Source: an uncultured Lentisphaerales bacterium (GTDB lineage: Bacteria > Verrucomicrobiota > Lentisphaeria > JABSQK01 > UBA12247). From it: a DNA stretch of 64,000 bases. Location of the stretch: NCBI GenBank assembly GCA_943788985.1, contig CALSSJ010000012.1, forward strand, positions 222,290 to 286,289, in the 5' to 3' direction. The stretch's first letter is position 1. Each line of letters begins with the position of its first letter. Of the stretch, positions 10,777-21,018 are shown in pieces. A model generated the notes under the pieces. It was not told the origin of the DNA. It was given only the letters and a program-made list of their open reading frames with translations, and ran no database searches. A program made the position numbers and the translations under genes.

Positions 10777-11187
10777 ATGCATCTTTCCTGTAAGGCAATC
10801 TACGGATTACGGATTCTGTACCACGTGGCTGAAGCGACGCAGCATGGCGGGCTTGCGCGCGGCGCGAAGCTGGCGGTGGCCTTGTCGATGAATGATTCGA
10901 GCCTGGAACAGATCTCGGGACTGTTGCGCAAGGCCGGGCTGATCAAGACGGTCCGTGGCCGCAATGGCGGCTACACGCTTGGGGCGCATCCTGAAGAGAT
11001 TACCTTGCTGAGGATTATTGAGGCGGTGGATGGTCCGCTATCGATGCTGGGAGATGTGAGCGGCGAACACTGTACAGACCCCGCCTGGGAAGTGCTATCG
11101 GAGACGATGGCCGCAAAGGCGGGGACTGTGACCTTGGCCAAGGTCCTAGCGGAGAACCGACCACAAATGAATGATTTTGTTATCTGA
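10777..11187 (+). CDS. Rrf2 family transcriptional regulator (CymR-like, no Fe-S Cys triad)
   Basis: YGLR, LEQI..LRKAGLI.TVRGRNGGY.L, ITL.II.AVDG; heads cysDN-metXW. Confidence 0.92.
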   Translation: MHLSCKAIYGLRILYHVAEATQHGGLARGAKLAVALSMNDSSLEQISGLLRKAGLIKTVRGRNGGYTLGAHPEEITLLRIIEAVDGPLSMLGDVSGEHCTDPAWEVLSETMAAKAGTVTLAKVLAENRPQMNDFVI

Positions 11188-11201
11188 TTCGAGGAGTAAT
11201 T

Positions 11202-12104
11202 ATGTCAACCTATAAGTTATCGCATCTGGATGCGCTGGAAGCTGAGGCGATCCATATCATGCGGGAAGTAGCGGCGCAGTTTGAACGGCCGGTTCTGCTG
11301 TTTTCCGGCGGGAAAGATTCTATTGTGATGGTGCACCTGGCGCTGAAAGCCTTTCGGCCCGCTCGGCTGCCGTTTCCGGTGATGCACGTGGATACCGGGC
11401 ACAACTTCCCGGAATTGATTGAGTATCGGGATAATCTGGTGCGAGATATGAACCTGCGTTTGGTGGTAGCCTCTGTGGAAGACGCGATCAATACAGGGAT
11501 TGCGGACCAGCCACCGGGAGAGATTAGCCGTAATCAGGCGCAGGCCCCGACGCTGGTGCATGCGATCGACGAGCATCGCTTTCAGGCTGCGTTTGGTGGC
11601 GGCCGCCGGGATGAAGAAAAGGCGCGGGCCAAAGAGCGCGTGTTCTCATTTCGTGATGCATTTGGCGGGTGGGAGCCCCGCAGCCAGCGGCCGGAGTTGT
11701 GGAACCTGTATAACGGTGGTATCCATGAGGGGGAGAACATCCGCGCCTTCCCGATTAGTAATTGGACAGAACTGGACGTTTGGCAGTATCTGGATCGCGA
11801 GAAAGTGCCGCTGCCAAGTCTGTATTTCTCCCACCAGCGCGAGGTGTTTATGCGCGATGGCCAGTGGCTGGCGACTTGCGAATATCTGCAACCGCGTGAT
11901 GGTGAGGAAGTTCGCACGATGCAGGTGCGTTGCCGTACGATTGGCGACATGGTCTGCACGGGCCTGGTGGAATCCGACGCGGCGACCGTCGCGGACATTA
12001 TCGATGAAGTGGCAGCCACTCGGGTCTCAGAGCGCGGCGGGCGGGCCGATGACAAGTTTGCAGAAGACTCGATGCAGAAGCGTAAAGAGAAGGGGTATTT
12101 CTAA
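11202..12104 (+). CDS. cysD: Sulfate adenylyltransferase subunit 2
   Basis: LFSGGKDS, VDTGHNF, RRDEEKARAKER, QRPELWNLYN, KEKGYF. Confidence 0.97.
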   Translation: MSTYKLSHLDALEAEAIHIMREVAAQFERPVLLFSGGKDSIVMVHLALKAFRPARLPFPVMHVDTGHNFPELIEYRDNLVRDMNLRLVVASVEDAINTGIADQPPGEISRNQAQAPTLVHAIDEHRFQAAFGGGRRDEEKARAKERVFSFRDAFGGWEPRSQRPELWNLYNGGIHEGENIRAFPISNWTELDVWQYLDREKVPLPSLYFSHQREVFMRDGQWLATCEYLQPRDGEEVRTMQVRCRTIGDMVCTGLVESDAATVADIIDEVAATRVSERGGRADDKFAEDSMQKRKEKGYF

Positions 12105-13420
12105 TGAGCACGTGGCTTACAGATCATAAAGTTGAGCTGCTGCGGTTCTCGACGTGCGGAAGTGTCGATGATGGAAAGAGCACGCTGATTGGGCGGTTGC
12201 TTTACGATAGCAAGAGCCTGTTTCAAGACCAGCTGGATGCCTTGGAGAAAACCCGGGAATTTCTGGGTGACCAAACGGTGAATCTCGCGAATCTGACCGA
12301 TGGCCTGCGTGAAGAGCGCGAGCAAGGGATCACGATCGATGTGGCATACCGCTTTGTGGCGACACCGAGGCGAAAGTTCATCGTGGCTGATACACCAGGG
12401 CATGTGCAGTACACGCGCAACATGGTGACCGGCATGTCGACTGCGAATCTTGCAGTGATTCTGATCGATGCCCGGCATGGCGTCATTGAGCAGACGCGGC
12501 GCCACGCCTATATCGCCTCGCTGCTGGGGACGCCTCACATCGTGGTGTGCGTGAATAAAATGGATCTTGTCGACTACTCGCAAGATGTATTTGAGGCGAT
12601 CCGCGAGGATTTCGATAACTTCGCCACACGCCTGCAGACACAGGATATTCGCTTCATTCCGATGAGCGCCCTGAACGGGGACAATGTGGTCGATAAGTCG
12701 GATAAGATGCCGTGGTACGATGGCCCAGCTTTGCTGAGTTTCATGGAGAAACTTCATATCGCCAATGATGGCAACCTGAACGATCAGCGATTTCCGGTGC
12801 AGTGGGTGGTGCGTCCGCAGACCGAGGAGCACCATGATTTTCGTGGGTACGCTGGCCAGGTCGCTGGGGGCGTGTTTCGGCCTGGTGATGACATTGTTGT
12901 GCTGCCATCCGGGGTGCGGTCCAAGGTGGCTTCGATTCACCTGCATGATCAGGAGTTGGACGAAGCGTTCGCGCCGCAGTCCGTCACGATTCAGCTGCAG
13001 GATGATGTGGACATCAGCCGGGGTGATCTGCTGGTCGGTCCAGATAGCGCACCGTACGTAAGTGGAGAGGTCACGGCCATGGTCTGCTGGCTTCATGAGA
13101 AGCCGCTACGCGTGGGCGGCCGGTATCGTCTGATGCAGAACTCGAACGAGACGCGTGCCATCGTTCGCGAGTTGGAGTATTGCGTGAATGTCAATACGCT
13201 GCAGGAAGACGACGATTCGGACTCGCTGCGTTTGAACGAAGTCGGCCGTTTGGTCATCAAGACGCAGAAGCCCCTCTGCTATGACGAATACAGACGCAAT
13301 CGCGTAACCGGCTCATTTATTCTAATTGACGAGTCTACAAACGCGACTGTCGCGGCGGGAATGCTGCTCCGGCCGCCAATTCCACCGCCCCCAGTCGAGT
13401 TTGCGGACTACGCAATTTGA
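12104..13420 (+). CDS. cysN: Sulfate adenylyltransferase subunit 1 (no APS kinase domain)
   Basis: CGSVDDGKSTLIGRLL, EREQGITIDVAY, DTPGH, NKMD, GSFILIDE; overlaps the cysD stop. Confidence 0.97.
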   Translation: MSTWLTDHKVELLRFSTCGSVDDGKSTLIGRLLYDSKSLFQDQLDALEKTREFLGDQTVNLANLTDGLREEREQGITIDVAYRFVATPRRKFIVADTPGHVQYTRNMVTGMSTANLAVILIDARHGVIEQTRRHAYIASLLGTPHIVVCVNKMDLVDYSQDVFEAIREDFDNFATRLQTQDIRFIPMSALNGDNVVDKSDKMPWYDGPALLSFMEKLHIANDGNLNDQRFPVQWVVRPQTEEHHDFRGYAGQVAGGVFRPGDDIVVLPSGVRSKVASIHLHDQELDEAFAPQSVTIQLQDDVDISRGDLLVGPDSAPYVSGEVTAMVCWLHEKPLRVGGRYRLMQNSNETRAIVRELEYCVNVNTLQEDDDSDSLRLNEVGRLVIKTQKPLCYDEYRRNRVTGSFILIDESTNATVAAGMLLRPPIPPPPVEFADYAI

Positions 13421-13437
13421 CCGGAGACTGAGCGAAA

Positions 13438-15204
13438 ATGCGCGATCTGGTCGAAACGCAGTACTTGGACCTGCAACTGCCGGAGGAAGGTCTAGAGCTT
13501 TCCTCTGGCAAGCGGCTCTCTGCTGTCCGGATTGCGTACGAAACTCACGGGGTGCTTGCGGAGTCCGCAGATAATGTCGTGTTCATCTGCCACGCGCTGA
13601 CTGGAGACTCGCATTGTGCGGGCTACCACAGCGACGACCCGAAGTCTCGTGGCTGGTGGGAGCCGCATCCGGATTCTGATCAGCCGCGTCTGATCGGGGT
13701 CGGGGCGGCGATTGACACCAAACGGTTCTACGTGGTCTGTGCCAATATTCTTGGCGGGTGTGCGGGGACGACTGGGCCGAAGTCCAATAACCCGGAAACC
13801 GGAGAGCCATACGGCATTGAATTCCCGTTGGTTACGATCAAGGACGTGGTGCGCGTTCAGCGGCTGTTGCTGGACCAGCTTGGCGTGAAGCGTTTACACG
13901 CGGTGGTGGGCGGCTCGATGGGTGGGATGCAGGCGCTTGAATGGGCAATTTCCTTCCCAGAGTACGTGGCGCGTTGTGCCTGTATCGCGACGGCAGCAAG
14001 CCTCTCGCCGCAGGCACTGGCGTTTGATATCATCGGGCGGCAGGAGATCGAGAACGATCCGAACTGGAATGGGGGGCATTACTACGGGCAGGCCATTCCT
14101 AGGGCCGGGCTGTCGCGCGCTCGCCAAATCGGCCATGTGACCTATCTCAGCGACCAGTCGATGTACGCCAAGTTTGGGCGCGACGAGCATGATCGGCCGA
14201 GACCCGAGGACAGTAGTAAATTCTCGACCAGCTTTGAGGTGGAGTCGTACCTGAACTACAATGGCAACAGCTTTGTGGATCGATTCGACGCGAACTCCTA
14301 TCTCTATATCAGCCGGATGATGGATATGTTCGATCTGGCGAAGGAGCACGGATCTTTGCGCGAGGCATTGGCGAAAACCGCATCGAAGTTCCTGATCATC
14401 TCGATCGAATCGGATTGGCTGTTTCCGCCGCCCCAGCAGCTCGAACTGCTGCACGAGTTGCTAGCGCTTCGTCGGGAGGTGAGCTACCTGAACATGAACT
14501 CGCACTTTGGGCATGACGCGTTCCTGATCGAGTACGATCTGCTGTGTCCGGCCCTGGGGGCCTTTCTCACGGGCGAGGAACCTCGCAAGCCGGCCCCTGT
14601 GAATCGGCAGGATCTTAATGTGATCAAGTCGATGGTTCCGCGAGGAGAGCGTATTTTGGACTTGGGTGCCGGTGAGGGAAACATGATGCTGGCTGTCCAG
14701 CGCGCGACCGGCAGCACGGGAATCTGTTTAGACCTTAGCTATGGCAAGGTTGTCAGCTGCATGGAGAAGGGCCTGAGTGCCATCCAGTTAGACGCAGACA
14801 GCGGCCTAGAGTTGATCTCTGATGATGCGTTCGACTGCGTGATGACCAACCAGACCATCCAACAGTTGCACAGTGCACTTGGCGCGATGAAGCAGATGTT
14901 GCGAATTGGGCAACGTGCGATTGTGAGCTTTCCCAACTTTGCCTACTATCGCTATCGCTTGGCATTGCTCTACAGCGGGAAGTTGCCCGTCTCCGATGAC
15001 CTGCCATTTGAATGGTACGATACGCCGAATATCCATCTGGTTACCCTGACAGATTTTGTCGAGCTTTGTGAGAAGAACGAGATTCGCATCAATGCGCTTG
15101 AGTGTGCAGCCGATCACTGGCTGGGTCGAGCGCTGTTGCAGTGCGGTATGCGCAGTGCCGGGGCCGAGCGAGGGATCGCCTGCATCGGGAAAGCGAACGG
15201 CTGA
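13438..15204 (+). CDS. metX: Homoserine O-acetyltransferase fused to MetW
   Basis: CHALTGD, GGSMGG, RFDANSY, GHDAFL, then MetW-like DLGAGEG, SFPNF, LPFEWYDTPNIH. Confidence 0.92.
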   Translation: MRDLVETQYLDLQLPEEGLELSSGKRLSAVRIAYETHGVLAESADNVVFICHALTGDSHCAGYHSDDPKSRGWWEPHPDSDQPRLIGVGAAIDTKRFYVVCANILGGCAGTTGPKSNNPETGEPYGIEFPLVTIKDVVRVQRLLLDQLGVKRLHAVVGGSMGGMQALEWAISFPEYVARCACIATAASLSPQALAFDIIGRQEIENDPNWNGGHYYGQAIPRAGLSRARQIGHVTYLSDQSMYAKFGRDEHDRPRPEDSSKFSTSFEVESYLNYNGNSFVDRFDANSYLYISRMMDMFDLAKEHGSLREALAKTASKFLIISIESDWLFPPPQQLELLHELLALRREVSYLNMNSHFGHDAFLIEYDLLCPALGAFLTGEEPRKPAPVNRQDLNVIKSMVPRGERILDLGAGEGNMMLAVQRATGSTGICLDLSYGKVVSCMEKGLSAIQLDADSGLELISDDAFDCVMTNQTIQQLHSALGAMKQMLRIGQRAIVSFPNFAYYRYRLALLYSGKLPVSDDLPFEWYDTPNIHLVTLTDFVELCEKNEIRINALECAADHWLGRALLQCGMRSAGAERGIACIGKANG

Positions 15205-15557
15205 TTGTGCTTAGTTGGACGCCATGAACACCACTACGACAGCAACGATCAGCCCGCCGATCAATGCGGCAAGTGTGATATAGCCAGCAAAGGCATTGCG
15301 TCGTGTTCCTGGGGGAGGCGGCGGCATAAAATCGTGCCTTTGTGGAGCGAGCGGGTGATTTTCTTTATAAGGTAAGCATAAATTCATTCCTGTCAGGAGA
15401 ATATTTTCAGTAACGCGCCCGGATTAAAGCTTTCGTTTATTTCAGGTTTCCGCAGAGACGCGCGAATCTGGGGCACTGCTGTTTCGCACCTGCCACACTC
15501 TGGCGAAAATGGAGCCCAGGGAGCTGGCCCTCACGGCGCGCGATCATCTACCGACCG

Positions 15558-16456
15558 CTAGAGATCGCCGATAATGCGGCTTGGGGTGGTGGTGGCACCG
15601 ATATCGCCGTGGAGGATAAGCTCGATGGCTGCGCCCAGGCTCCGGGATGCGCGAGTGCGAAGCAGATGGATCGGCGTCATGGACTCACCAGCATTGATGC
15701 CGGTGAGCAACTCGTAGGATAATTCTGCCCAGCGATGGTGATCTGCCTGTGGCTTCAGGCCACGATCGAGATCGAGGCTACTGGAGACGTAGGGGGGCTG
15801 GACGCGTGTGGCTGCCGGGCCCCCAAAGTTCAGAACCTCAATGGTGCCTTGGTCGCTGACAAAGATGGAATCTCTGCGAAGGCGAATCCCGCAGACGCCC
15901 GAGGCATGGAAGTCATCGACGGCGCATTGGCGAAGCGCGCCTTCGATGTCGGACAGGTCGGACTTGGCACTGACGCATTGCATGAGCGGTCGCATTGAGA
16001 CTAGCTGGTAGACGATGACCCCGAGCCTGCGGTCTGCGTGCGCGCCGTAGGCTTCTGGCCGGACAAAGTAATGGCCGGAGGACTGCTGAATGATTTCTGC
16101 GGCTTGGAGCATCGCCTGGACCTAGTCGAAGGAAGGCGTATCCCACCAGGGCAGAGCTCTGATGCCAAGCGAGACGTAGTCAACTGCCCCCGCTTTGATG
16201 GCGCGCACGACATGGAGCACCTCATTGGGACCAATACCGACGATAATCAGGCAGGGAAAGTGTCGTTTGAAGGCTTCGATGGAAGCTTCTGCGGCCTCGT
16301 CCTCGCCTGCGCTGTAGGCCATGACGGAGCGAAAATTACGTGACGGCAGATAGTTCTGAACTTGAGCCGCGTTTATTTTAGCGGGCTCGAAAATTACGAT
16401 CTAAGGGCGGTAAAGGCTGCCGGATGCTTTGGCAATAGAATTTTTTTAGCTTTCAT
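15558..16456 (-). pseudogene. Degenerate receiver plus kinase-like gene
   Basis: RAIKAGAVDYV (receiver), in-frame TAG at 16122, then kinase-like VLNFG and YELLTG; 5' end frameshifted, boundaries approximate. Confidence 0.5.
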
Positions 16457-16571
16457 CAGGCACTCGCTTGCTCACAAAATTTGTCTTTCGTACTACGGCA
16501 GGTGTCTGCGGCTTCTCAACTGTAAGTGGGCGTCGGTATTAGGTGTTATTGTTTGTAAGGTGCCGAATATT

Positions 16572-17368
16572 ATGTTCTTATGGCCCTCGCAAAGGAGAGC
16601 CTGTTTTGATCGTCGATGACGATTCCGCGCTGCGTCGAATGCGGGCGCTGATGGTGGGAACTGCGCCAAATTTTGAGGTGAGTACGGCTGCGGATGCCAG
16701 CACGGCCTTGGAGCATCTACGGGACAATCGCGTGGATATTGTGCTGGCGAACGTGATTATTCCTGTCACTGGCGGGATGAAGGTCGGGGCGCAGGTTTAT
16801 CTAGTGAAGCCAGTTAAGCGAGAGAAGCTATTGATCGCGCTTTGCTGGACGCGATCGCGGTCACCTGCGATTGGGGTTACCGGAGAGATCGGGCCGTAGC
16901 AAGTGCTGCGCTTGGTGTACTGAAGGCAACTCACGCCGCCGGGATTGTGCACGGAGACTTCGAACCAGCCAACATCATGCTGGAGCAAGGCGGGCGAACT
17001 GTACTGGCGGATTATGGCTTGGCTCAACTGCCGGGTGAGTCTCGCGAGTAGATGACGAGCACGCCGTTCTACTTCTCACCCTAGCGATTTACCACCGGAG
17101 TGACCACCAGGCAGAGCGATGTTTTTCGTTTTGGACGGTGGCTTTTGAGCTGCTGGCCGACCGCCGGCCATCTGACTCGGCGTCGTTTACGCAACTGAGC
17201 GGTCAGATTGTGAGCGAGGAGCCGAGCTGGCCCGATCTGTCTCCAGTGTTTCCGGCGCGGGATCAGGATGTATTGCGCAGTTTTCTGGCGAAGAAACCTG
17301 CGGATAGGCCGGTGGTTCGCGACGTGTTTGTTCCCCTGCGTGATGCTGAATCTGGGATCGGCGCTTGA
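16572..17368 (+). pseudogene. Receiver plus Ser/Thr kinase remnants
   Basis: VLIVDDD..YLVKP, then GIVHGDFEPANIML..LADYGLA, with stops and frameshifts. Confidence 0.6.
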
Positions 17369-17426
17369 AGTCAGCTTCGCCGCGTCCATCTGTGTGCTGC
17401 ACGGGTCGTATTTTCGAGGAGTATTC

Positions 17427-17876
17427 ATGTCGCTAAAACGAATTCCAGCTGAGATTCGAAGCTACGGAATCTATAACGGCTGGGACCGCGAGAGCAAAGA
17501 ATTGCCGGAGATTGTCAAGCACACGCATGATGTGCCTGCTGAACCGGGGGTGGAGTTCGGCTATATCGTGCGCATTCGCAAGGCCCGCGGAAAGTGGCTC
17601 AGGTTCTGCATTGCGCATCCTGGAATTCCGGACGAGGATGGGCAGGTGATGCCGCCATTTGAAGGACGCGAGCGCATCAAGTCCAACGACTATCAGTTTT
17701 TTCTGGGTGATTGTATCTGGGAACCTACGCACAATAAAGTAGGCCGCTGGCAGCTCTCTACATGGATTGAGGACGAGCTGGTGGCAGATCAGAAATTCAT
17801 GGTACAAGTCCCGCAACCCGAGGCTAAGGAGAGTCCGCGCCCCAGCCCGTACAAGGACCCACAAAGACAATTCTAG
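17427..17876 (+). CDS. DUF3859-like protein
   Basis: SYGIY.GWDRESKELP, EFGY, IAHP, F.LGDCIWEP, GRW; RBS GAGGAG. Confidence 0.75.
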   Translation: MSLKRIPAEIRSYGIYNGWDRESKELPEIVKHTHDVPAEPGVEFGYIVRIRKARGKWLRFCIAHPGIPDEDGQVMPPFEGRERIKSNDYQFFLGDCIWEPTHNKVGRWQLSTWIEDELVADQKFMVQVPQPEAKESPRPSPYKDPQRQF

Positions 17877-17899
17877 TCTTCGAGGATGAGTGGCGAATG

Positions 17900-18579
17900 C
17901 GCGAGTTACTGCGTATTGCACTGACCCAGCATGGGCATCACTTGTTCAGCGCTGAGGATCGCGCAACGTGTCTTGCGATGTTAAAGCAGCATAAGATCGA
18001 CTTGGTGGTCTTGGATCTGCGGATCCCGGGCTGAGTCATCGGGACATCAAGCCGGAGAATATCATGATCTGTAAGGGGAACAAAGCGGTCGTGATGGGCT
18101 TTGGGCTCGTATTGCTGCCGAATTCAGAGCTGACGGGGAGCCATACGTGAATGGCTCCCCCAGCTACATGGCCCCTGAGTCCTTGCATTCCAGCCCAATC
18201 GATGCGCGGGCGGACATCTTCTCGCTTGGCGTGGTTTCCTACGAGCTGTTGACGCAACGGCGCCCGTTCGAATCCGACTCCATTATTTCCACGGGCATGC
18301 AGATTTGCTCCGTAGGTGGGGGCCGGCGAGTGACTTTCACCCCGGCGTTCCGCAGCTATTGATTCTATCGTGGCGTGTATGATGATCAAGAATACGGGTG
18401 AGAGATATAAGCACGCGGGCGACGTCTGGGGGCCAATTCGCAAGCGGCTCGAGCACCGTCCGCTGGAGTTAGCGCCGGAGCTTCTTAAGAATGCGAAGCG
18501 AAGCACGATGGGAACGAACCTGCGGGACGATGGCCTGGCGGATGGCGATTTTCACGACGCAGAGACAATTCTCAACTAG
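17900..18579 (+). pseudogene. Receiver fragment plus Ser/Thr kinase remnant
   Basis: IDLVVLDLRIPG, HRDIKPENIM, GSPSYMAPE, DARADIFSLGVV.YELLT across frames. Confidence 0.65.
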
Positions 18580-19918
18580 ACTCGTCGGCCAGCTCGGGGG
18601 GCGACGGGTGCGAAGCGCAGTAGTAGCCGCACCACAGCACCACCAACGGGGCCACGTGCAGCAGCAGCCGATCGCTGAGATTGGGCAGCAGGTGCTTGAG
18701 CTCCCAAGGCGTAACCAGAATGACGGCGATGTAGACGCCGAGTACGCTGGCCACGAAAAGCGGAATCCACCATAGCTCGAGCTCGCGCAGGCGTCGGGCA
18801 TTTAGAGCCAGCGTGACCAACGCCAGAACGGGCAGCAGGCCCCAGTGCGTCCAAGTGGCAGCTTCACGTGCAAACGCCACCAGAACGTGCGGGAGGCGGT
18901 CGCTGTGGTCCAAAAGGTTGGTGACAGAAATACGGGATGCGTAGTTCTCGTGGGTTCTCGGGAGGTCGCTGCGGAAGATGAACCACGGGGTCAGGGCCAG
19001 CAGGGTAAGCCCGTAGCCGATGGCGAGCGGGCGCAAGCGCGACCACTGTTTGCGGAGTCCGCAAATCACGGCAGTGCCGCCGGGAAGCAGCAGTAGCACA
19101 GCCATGCCCTCGTTCTTGGTGAAGATCACTCCGGCTAGACAAACCATCGCGATTGCTAGCATGCGCTTCTCACCACTTCTCTGCCACTGCCAAAAGGCAG
19201 ACGCTGCGGCTAGAAGCATGAAGGAGAAGGTGGCGTCCGCGGTGAGGGCAGGCAGCCAGCGCTGGGCGGTTGGCAAGGTGACCACGATAAGGGCCGCGAG
19301 CGTGCCCAGGGGAATCCCCGCACGGGAGCGAACGATGCCGTACACAATCGCAGCAGTGCCGAAAAGTTGGGTGACGTAGAGGTCGGCAAACTGAAATGCG
19401 CTAGCATCCCCGGCGGTGTTTGCGAGAGCAGCCAAGAGAAATGGAACCAGGAGTGGGTAGTCTAGATGGCTGAAGCTTAGGGTTGTGTCTTGGAAGTAAC
19501 CGCTGGTGAGGACTGGCTCGTGAGCCAGCACATTTGCCTTAAGACACCAGATCGCTAGTGCATCCCAGTAGCGGATACCGCAGACGTAGGCTGTGTACCA
19601 AAGCACAGCAGCCGCACCCAGCACCACCAGTATGCCAAGAGTCGCGATTCCGCGGCTACAGCGGCCGACTTGCGCTGCTGGGGGCACGATGCTGAGCTGC
19701 ACCTTGCGTGTATAGCAAACGATTCCACCCAGCACGCATAGTGCGAGCAGTGGCCCGGGGCCGGGAAGGATGCCTGCGCAGGAAAAAAGGAAGAGGGCGA
19801 CGGCTGTAAGCGCGTGCCCGCAGGCGATCGCGTAGCCCAGAATTTCGACGGTGATGGGGCGCTTGGTTGCGGAGATCGCAAGCCCTGAAATCAGGAGCGT
19901 GGCGAGGAGCAGAATCAT
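18572..19918 (-). CDS. Polytopic membrane protein, GT-C-fold glycosyltransferase-like
   Basis: Many TM segments; WDALAIW..KA, HLDYPLLVP, TKNEG, DRLLLH. Confidence 0.7.
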   Translation of the reverse strand: MILLLATLLISGLAISATKRPITVEILGYAIACGHALTAVALFLFSCAGILPGPGPLLALCVLGGIVCYTRKVQLSIVPPAAQVGRCSRGIATLGILVVLGAAAVLWYTAYVCGIRYWDALAIWCLKANVLAHEPVLTSGYFQDTTLSFSHLDYPLLVPFLLAALANTAGDASAFQFADLYVTQLFGTAAIVYGIVRSRAGIPLGTLAALIVVTLPTAQRWLPALTADATFSFMLLAAASAFWQWQRSGEKRMLAIAMVCLAGVIFTKNEGMAVLLLLPGGTAVICGLRKQWSRLRPLAIGYGLTLLALTPWFIFRSDLPRTHENYASRISVTNLLDHSDRLPHVLVAFAREAATWTHWGLLPVLALVTLALNARRLRELELWWIPLFVASVLGVYIAVILVTPWELKHLLPNLSDRLLLHVAPLVVLWCGYYCASHPSPPELADESS

Positions 19919-20376
19919 GGGGCAGGCACCGGGTACTGCTTGAAGTTGACCGTGTCTTTCTCGCGACGAATCTCCAAGATGGTAGTGACCTCTTGGGCAT
20001 GGAGCCAGGAGATAGTCGGGATGTTGTTGTGCTGCACAATATCTGCTGCATTGTTCAGCACCACGTCCTCGGTGGTCACGTACAGACGACGAGGATAGAA
20101 GGCGTTCACTGCGGCGTAATGAACGTTGCACAGTTCTACCTGGTCTGCGCCTCTGTCAGGGCGAAACCCCACATAGTTGGCATAGCAATTTCCCGCAGGA
20201 AGTTCTTGGAAGTAGGTGGCGTAACGGACGTTCCACAGCGCGCGGCCGCTTTGTTGCCTCAGCTGCAGCTTGCGCACTTTAGCCAAGCAATCTGGATGGT
20301 GCTGGAAGCCGACGATGTTAGCCAGTACGGCCACGGAGAAAAGAGCAACAAGCAGCAGGTGCGTTTTCGGGGACAT
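19915..20376 (-). CDS. Hypothetical protein with N-terminal hydrophobic segment
   Basis: ORF whose stop overlaps the next start (ATGA); YAAVNAFYPRR. Confidence 0.55.
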   Translation of the reverse strand: MSPKTHLLLVALFSVAVLANIVGFQHHPDCLAKVRKLQLRQQSGRALWNVRYATYFQELPAGNCYANYVGFRPDRGADQVELCNVHYAAVNAFYPRRLYVTTEDVVLNNAADIVQHNNIPTISWLHAQEVTTILEIRREKDTVNFKQYPVPAP

Positions 20377-20389
20377 AGAGGGCACCAGG

Positions 20390-20924
20390 TTAGCGGGATC
20401 TTCGGTTACTCGGCGCATCAGGGGCGCCAGTGGCAGGAAGATAGGTTCTCAAGCGCTTCTCGATACTGCTATACTCTGGATCTCTGGCGAGGTTGGTCCA
20501 CTCCATGATGTCCTTTTTGTGGTCGTAGAGTTCTTCGCCGCCGTTGTAAATGATGTCGCTGTAGCGGCCGTCGTAGATGCGATGATTGCCCCGAAGATCT
20601 GCGTAGAACATGTTGGTGCTGTTTCCGTAGACGCCGGTGCTACTCGGCAAAAAGCCGGAGAGAACAGCCGAGCGCGACGACCCACAGATCGGCGCGGCAC
20701 AGACTGCTTTTTTGAACATGCCTGCGCCATCTTTGCAGCAGCGATCGAGATGGGGCGTCTTGGCCTGCGGGGGCCCGCCAAGCGGGCCGACCCAGTCATT
20801 GATACCATCAAATAGCGCTGAATAGCACATTCGGGCGTTGAGCGAGCGGGGCGTCCGCCTGCCCCGAAAGAGCGAAGCAGAGGCCGAACAGCAGGAGTTG
20901 GCAGAAACGTGAATGTGATGTCAT
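20390..20924 (-). pseudogene. Internally deleted S1 sulfatase
   Basis: Signal peptide and RPNVLF, frameshift, INDWVG, TPHLD, CGSSRSAVLSG joined directly to C-terminal EELYDH..EWTNLA. Confidence 0.75.
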
Positions 20925-21018
20925 GAGCGCTCGCTTCCTTTGGGGCTGTCGTGACTTTGACCGGATCTGTACCAGACACTGGCGTGCATTGGAACAGTCT
21001 GGGCCAAGCCCAAGCGTG

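Noticed and set aside
12101..13096. Long antisense ORFs (also 23563-24534, 27901-29025, 43138-44049, 53960-54886, 56981-57886)
   Set aside because: Shadow ORFs opposite well-supported genes, expected in GC-rich DNA.
13438..14570. MetX homologue acting as serine O-acyltransferase in place of cysE
   Set aside because: The HALTG motif and MetW fusion fit the homoserine-type enzyme; cysE may lie outside the window.
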